Below are positions 60,201-64,000 of a stretch of DNA of 64,000 nt, in pieces; positions within the stretch are counted from its first letter, which is position 1, and every line of letters starts with the position of its first letter. Both the position numbers and the translations under genes were made by a program. The notes below the pieces were generated by a model that searched no databases, was not told the origin of the DNA, and was given only the letters and a program-made list of their open reading frames with translations. This DNA comes from an uncultured Candidatus Saccharibacteria bacterium (GTDB taxonomy: Bacteria > Patescibacteriota > Minisyncoccia > UBA6257 > Colwellbacteraceae): NCBI GenBank assembly GCA_964360065.1, contig CAYHTW010000003.1, forward strand, positions 44,853 through 108,852, written 5' to 3'.

Positions 60201-60568
60201 GAAAGAGTACGTCCTCCTCCACCTCCTACTGCTGTATGTGTCGCAAAAACGCTATTCCCCCCCGGTGAGCCATTTTGTGTTCCATTAGACGGCCCACCAG
60301 CGCCGCCTCCTCCAACGGTTACCGAGTATGCCTGCGGTGTTACGGCAATGGCGGCATTATAAATATATCCACCCGCTCCTCCACCTCCCCCAGCAGTATT
60401 ACCGCTACCTACACTGGCGCCACCGCCTCCGCCTGCTACTACAAGCACATTTACTGTCGCTACAGAATGCGCAGGAGGAGTTCCGTACATAAAGCTTCCT
60501 ATGGTTAATAAACTAACTAAGATGGTTACCCCCCCTCCCGCGAATATGTGTTTTTTGGTGATTTTCAT
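57215..60568 (-). CDS. Secreted protein with three glycine-rich modules, FN3-like and IPT/TIG-like domains
   Basis: Signal peptide; three (V/L)xxGGGG...GxVIISYVTAD..YT.TGGT.TTSGANTIHTFT units; YYRGYATNSIG; VRVTNPD. Confidence 0.85.
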   Translation of the reverse strand: MKITKKHIFAGGGVTILVSLLTIGSFMYGTPPAHSVATVNVLVVAGGGGGASVGSGNTAGGGGGAGGYIYNAAIAVTPQAYSVTVGGGGAGGPSNGTQNGSPGGNSVFATHTAVGGGGGRTLSSGVGVNGGSGGGGGNNYANGTGTSGQGNNGGTSGGAGGGGGGASAAGANAGDDEGANGGAGTANSISGVSVTYAGGGGGGGNNDSGGTGGVGGGGNGSVAATPQNGTPNTGGGGGGSKSNTGGTGGTGVVIISYVTADWSAYTITGGTVTTSGANTIHTFTTSGIFTVTLKMKVKALVIGGGGSGGSQTSWSRNGGGGGAGGYQYNASFSVIAQDYTVIVGVGGTASSVGNQGNDGAASSFSTITGNGGGGGGVGGSGTNGRNGGSGGGGGGAESNNGGIGGTASQGYNGGHGGESTEGGGAGGGGAGAIGLNGTDAASPNGVGGNGGAGFSNDISGSSIYYAGGGGGAGGAGQGSGGNGGGAAGRLGGDGYAGTNGLGGGGGGTRGSGGGYYKGGAGGSGVTIISYVTADFSAYTVTGGTITTSGANTIHTFTTSGIFSIVPGAPIGAVKVFSVGGGGGGGASYTNRGGGGGAGGYQYNAALPVTTQAYSVTVGAAGVAGINGGAGQGGNGGNSVFSATIAYGGGGGAYGSLSNAGSSGGSGGGGSMEGGGAGGIGFQGGKGGDGAANSAWEGGGGGAGGDGSGYTPGPGIVNSISGSAVTYGVGGSYSSGQGDRTEKGSGGMGSSPSGNGKVGVIGIVIISYVTADFSAYTVTGGTITTSGANTIHTFTSNGTFSVTGLPTVTSPTATSITPTGVTLGANVTSNGGITLTAKGTCWATTATPTTNCTAEGGTTTGVFTQARSGMPPGTLIYYRGYATNSIGTSYSADGSFTTSLAAPTTTAINPTSGINNAPVSIISVSGTNFISGATVSLLKSGQTTINCTGFIFTNSTTLSNGTCPITGAANGAWDVRVTNPDTQTGTFSGGFIIGVLTTGSLISSTYDTGFTKGVNHNSLMWQGALGTGGTNYVTFQFAASNCPGGQTNAPTCNTGAWTYLGPGGSTGTYYTTSGPNSPVPLNGAYSKGTRYYRYKVILQKVDTATSPRVDDVIVNWSP
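58188..58991. repeat. Two identical 93-bp direct repeats (58188-58280 and 58899-58991)
   Basis: Exact match by eye; a further 41 bp is shared between 58884-58924 and 59703-59743. Confidence 0.9.
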
Positions 60569-60578
60569 ATGATAATAT

Positions 60579-61268
60579 TTATGGAACGGTTATTGAGCCC
60601 GGAGTTGTAGTGGTGTCTAAACCACTCTGCGATGAATAGCCATTACTTGGTTGTGTTATGGGGCCTTCTGTGCCAGAGCTTCCGCTCCAATCGGTGAAAT
60701 TGCTAGTCTGGTTAACGTAGTGAGTTACATAGCCCGTATTTTTAAAGTCCCCCGTGCCGCCCACGGTTTGTGGCCAAGTAACTCTCACTGTTATTTTTTG
60801 AGTTGAAGGGTCTTCTAAGATATCACTAAATAAACCCGTGCAGGCAGTTTGCGCAGAACTAGTAACGCTACCAGTACCACAACTGTCACGATTGACGTTT
60901 TCCACGGTAAAGTAGCGCGTATAAACTATATTATTGACTGTCAGTTGCTCACTATTGTTAGTTAGAGTGAACGGGCTACCACCGGTGGCAAGATAATAAC
61001 AGTAAGGGGTGCAGGCCTGCGTTGTGTCTCCCTTGGAAATAACCGCATAAAGATCTTGCCAGTTAGCTTCTCCATAAGAACGGACATTGTCCATTAACTC
61101 TTGAGCGAGTGAAGAGGCTGTGTCAGTAATACGGCTTGCTTGATTACTCTTGATAGTTGTGACAAAAGCCGCGGCGGCGGAGGCGACAATAATCGCGCCA
61201 ACGGCAACGGCAATTAGTATTTCTATCAAAGATTGTCCTTCTCTTTCTTTAATAATCGATTCTACCAT
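60579..61268 (-). CDS. Prepilin-type minor pilin
   Basis: G/QSLIEILIAVAV class III signal peptide. Confidence 0.85.
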   Translation of the reverse strand: MVESIIKEREGQSLIEILIAVAVGAIIVASAAAAFVTTIKSNQASRITDTASSLAQELMDNVRSYGEANWQDLYAVISKGDTTQACTPYCYYLATGGSPFTLTNNSEQLTVNNIVYTRYFTVENVNRDSCGTGSVTSSAQTACTGLFSDILEDPSTQKITVRVTWPQTVGGTGDFKNTGYVTHYVNQTSNFTDWSGSSGTEGPITQPSNGYSSQSGLDTTTTPGSITVP

Positions 61269-61743
61269 TGATGTTAACTGTTATAGTGTTTGAGTCAGAT
61301 ACGCTCACTAAACCAAGTGTAACATTCACGGTAGCCGTGGGCAATCCGGTGGCTTTATTGAAAACAATATTCTTAGAAGTTCCTGAAGCCGGATCGGTAA
61401 ATTGTACCTTATTATTCAATACATACCTCTGTGATTCAGCCGCACCAACACCTTCGGCAGCGCAAGAAGTGCTAGGGGCAGTGTAAGATGTCCCGTAACA
61501 GAGATACATAACGTCATTTGCGCCCCCGGCAGGATTATCAAAGCGCATCCACCATTGGTATCCCCCGTCTTGAGAGATAGCTTTGGCTGCGGCGTTATTA
61601 AGTTGCTTCACGGTTATTTGCACCTGATTATCAAGAGTCGATTTAGTTCCAGAACCTATCATAAGTTGGGTCGAGATGACAGAAATGATTACAATCACCC
61701 CCAGTATTATCATCAGCTCTATCAAAGTGAAACCTTTTCTCAT
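61249..61743 (-). CDS. Type IV pilin / GspH-FimT-like protein
   Basis: G/FTLIELMIIL. Confidence 0.88.
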   Translation of the reverse strand: MRKGFTLIELMIILGVIVIISVISTQLMIGSGTKSTLDNQVQITVKQLNNAAAKAISQDGGYQWWMRFDNPAGGANDVMYLCYGTSYTAPSTSCAAEGVGAAESQRYVLNNKVQFTDPASGTSKNIVFNKATGLPTATVNVTLGLVSVSDSNTITVNINGRIDY

Positions 61744-61746
61744 TTC

Positions 61747-62961
61747 TTATCCTATTGTACCAACTAGCTGGTAAATTGGGACGATGATGGCCAAAGCAAT
61801 AGTAGCCACCACAAAACCGATAACTAGCAAAAGGACTGGCTCCAAGAAAGAAATTAAAGTCTTGGTGGAGGCGTCAATTTCTGATTCATAAAACTCGGCT
61901 AAAGTATCCAAAATATTTTCCATGTGGCCCGCTTTCTCGGAAATAGCTATCAGGTTAACCACCACTCTTGGGAAAATCTGCTCCCTCCTGAAAGCTTCTC
62001 CAATGGTAAGTCCTTTTGGAACTGCGTCTCGCGATATTCGCAGTAACGCTTCTCTCATCTCCATGTGCCCCACCGAATCGGCTGTAATTTCCAAAGAATC
62101 TAAGATGGACATACCGCTTTTTAGCAGCGACGAGAAAGTCGCCGCAAATCTTTGGATAGCAATTCTATAAAGAATATCTCCCACTATAGGCGCTCTCGCT
62201 AAAAACCTTCCCATCATGGCGCGCCCCGCCACTGTTCTCTTGAAGAAATACCACCCACCCACCAAACCAATAAACAAAGCTGGGAAAATAATGTATGACC
62301 AGGCATTGACGAAAAGTCCCACTCCGAAAACTATCCTGGAGAAAGTCGGCGGTTGGACGCCGCCTGACATAAAAACGTTAGCGATTTTAGGCAAGGCAAA
62401 AGTCACCATGCCGAAAAGGATAACCAGGGCGAGAACGACCAGTACCATCGGATAAATAAGGGCGGCTTTAATTTTACCTCTGATAACCTGCTCTTTTTCT
62501 AGGCTACGGCTCAAATCATCAAAAACTTTTTCCAAATTACCGGAAGTTTCTCCGGCTTTAATAAGGTTAACAAAGACCGGAGAGAAATATTTTGGATATT
62601 TAGTAAAAGTGGAATAAAACGGCTGCCCCTTAGCTAGGGTATCACGAACTTCTATAAGAAGGGACTTAATTGCTGGCTTATCAAAATCCGTTATTAAGAT
62701 ATCAATGGCCTTGAAGAGATCAGTGCCTACTTTAAGCATTAGTGCTAGATACTTAGTTAAGAAAACCTTGTCTTCCACCGTTATCTGCTGAGCAAAGATA
62801 CCACGCAAACCAGTAGTACTAGCTCCGGCCACAGCTTTAACCGAAACCGGCCTTAGGCCTTGTGCGGCCATCCATTCCAAAACCTCGGCTGGACCCTTGG
62901 CTTCTATATCTCCCTCAACCACTCTGCCACCAGGCTCGGAGGCTATGTAATAAAATCTCAT
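61747..62961 (-). CDS. pilC: Type IV pilus / T2SS platform protein (PilC/GspF)
   Basis: AGETSGNL, ALIYP, EKAGHME, LEPVLL. Confidence 0.92.
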   Translation of the reverse strand: MRFYYIASEPGGRVVEGDIEAKGPAEVLEWMAAQGLRPVSVKAVAGASTTGLRGIFAQQITVEDKVFLTKYLALMLKVGTDLFKAIDILITDFDKPAIKSLLIEVRDTLAKGQPFYSTFTKYPKYFSPVFVNLIKAGETSGNLEKVFDDLSRSLEKEQVIRGKIKAALIYPMVLVVLALVILFGMVTFALPKIANVFMSGGVQPPTFSRIVFGVGLFVNAWSYIIFPALFIGLVGGWYFFKRTVAGRAMMGRFLARAPIVGDILYRIAIQRFAATFSSLLKSGMSILDSLEITADSVGHMEMREALLRISRDAVPKGLTIGEAFRREQIFPRVVVNLIAISEKAGHMENILDTLAEFYESEIDASTKTLISFLEPVLLLVIGFVVATIALAIIVPIYQLVGTIG

Positions 62962-62962
62962 G

Positions 62963-64000
62963 TTATTCTCTTATAACTCTTAATAATTCGTCTATGGTCG
63001 TCACGCCCGTTTCTATTTTTCGGAGACCATCCTCAAACATAGTTATCATGCCCTCCTCCTTAGCAAGCTGTCTTAGTTTATCCAAAGAAAAATCCGGGCT
63101 GATAATTAATTTCCTCACCTCCTCGGTAACGTTCAGTACCTCAAAAATACCAATTCTGCCTCGGTAACCGCTACCTCCGCAAACAGAACAACCTTTGCCG
63201 GCGTAAATAAACTTAGGCATCTTAAAGTTATCTGTGATGCCAAGATCTTTAACTTGTTTAGATAAGGCTGCAATAAGTTCTTCGGATGGAGCATAAGAGT
63301 ACATACAACTCTTACAAATTTGTCTCACTAATCTCTGGGCTATGATTATGTTAAGCACGGCTGCAACCAGAAAAGGTTGTACATTGATATCTATAAACCG
63401 CGGCACGGCAGTTGTTGCGTCGTTAGTGTGCAGAGAAGACAGCACCAAGTGTCCGGTTAGAGCCGATTGCACTGCGATTTCAGCTGTTTCAGAATCACGG
63501 ATTTCACCAACCATTATGACGTTAGGGTCTTGGCGCAGGATAGCGCGCAGTCCGTCTGCAAAAGTTATGCCAGCCTTCACGTTGATCTGCGTTTGGTTAA
63601 TAAATTTAATATCGTACTCAACTGGGTCTTCCACGGTAACAATATTAACCTCCGGCCTGTTCAAACGTCCTAAAACAGAATAAAGAGTGGTTGATTTACC
63701 GCTCCCCGTCGGACCTGTTACAAGCATCATGCCGTAACTCTTTTTGATATTCTCTTCCAAAATCTTCACCGTGTCGGGCAGCATACCAAGTTCAGTAAAT
63801 GAAAGTGGCCTCGTGCTGGCAGGCAATAATCTCATTTCTACTTTCTCTCCGTAAAAGGTCGGCATAACAGCGACACGGATGTCTATAACATCTCTGCCAA
63901 TTTGGTATCTGAACCTTCCGTCCTGTGGACGAGAATGTTCGTCTATTTTTAGTCCTCCTAGAAGCTTAATCCTGGCCGCAACTGCAGGGTGTATTTCTTT
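62963..64000 (-). CDS. pilB: Type IV pilus assembly ATPase PilB/GspE (5' part outside the window)
   Basis: GPTGSGKST, EDPVEY, LRQDP, TGHLV, tetracysteine motif; the frame continues to the window edge (RPQDGRF). Confidence 0.92.
   Translation of the reverse strand, partial: KEIHPAVAARIKLLGGLKIDEHSRPQDGRFRYQIGRDVIDIRVAVMPTFYGEKVEMRLLPASTRPLSFTELGMLPDTVKILEENIKKSYGMMLVTGPTGSGKSTTLYSVLGRLNRPEVNIVTVEDPVEYDIKFINQTQINVKAGITFADGLRAILRQDPNVIMVGEIRDSETAEIAVQSALTGHLVLSSLHTNDATTAVPRFIDINVQPFLVAAVLNIIIAQRLVRQICKSCMYSYAPSEELIAALSKQVKDLGITDNFKMPKFIYAGKGCSVCGGSGYRGRIGIFEVLNVTEEVRKLIISPDFSLDKLRQLAKEEGMITMFEDGLRKIETGVTTIDELLRVIRE

Noticed and set aside
57215-60568. Repeats as a DGR template/variable pair or CRISPR array
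   Set aside because: No adenine-specific mismatch pattern, reverse transcriptase or cas genes, and the spacing is not CRISPR-like.
1-64000. Many antisense or nested ORFs in the track (e.g. 49063-49848, 27519-28007, 20221-20748)
   Set aside because: Shadow frames of well-supported genes, with no recognisable motifs.

Overview
Core-genome segment of a reduced bacterium, most likely Patescibacteria/CPR (Parcubacteria-like). This taxonomy is inferred from a C-terminally truncated AlaRS, a short L13, an RpoA without alphaCTD, DUF5671/DUF5667-type proteins and a type IV pilus locus. Contents: mpg-uvrB-uvrA repair genes; serS/lysS/greA; the alpha ribosomal-protein cluster; dnaG-rpoD-alaS; tRNA-Ser(GGA) and tRNA-Asn(GTT); htpX-lemA-groESL-rmuC; a small transport block; a class II ribonucleotide reductase; ftsA/ftsZ; hisS/lepB/pth; and a type IV pilus locus with a 1117-aa triple glycine-rich protein. 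The most notable non-gene signal is a set of short palindromic elements. A GIY-YIG nuclease gene lies between a degenerate tRNA-Asn 5' fragment (D-loop replaced by TCCGCCGGCTGGCGGA) and the intact tRNA, whose first bases supply the gene's stop codon. tRNA-Ser shows a similar 5'-end duplication around a palindromic hairpin. Related GC-rich palindromes sit in frame inside UvrB, a GT-C glycosyltransferase, an FAD oxidoreductase and Pth. Also present: a 36-bp perfect palindrome in two copies, a two- to three-copy long-hairpin intergenic element and a 126-bp TA-flanked MITE. All calls come from reading the sequence; no database searches were run.
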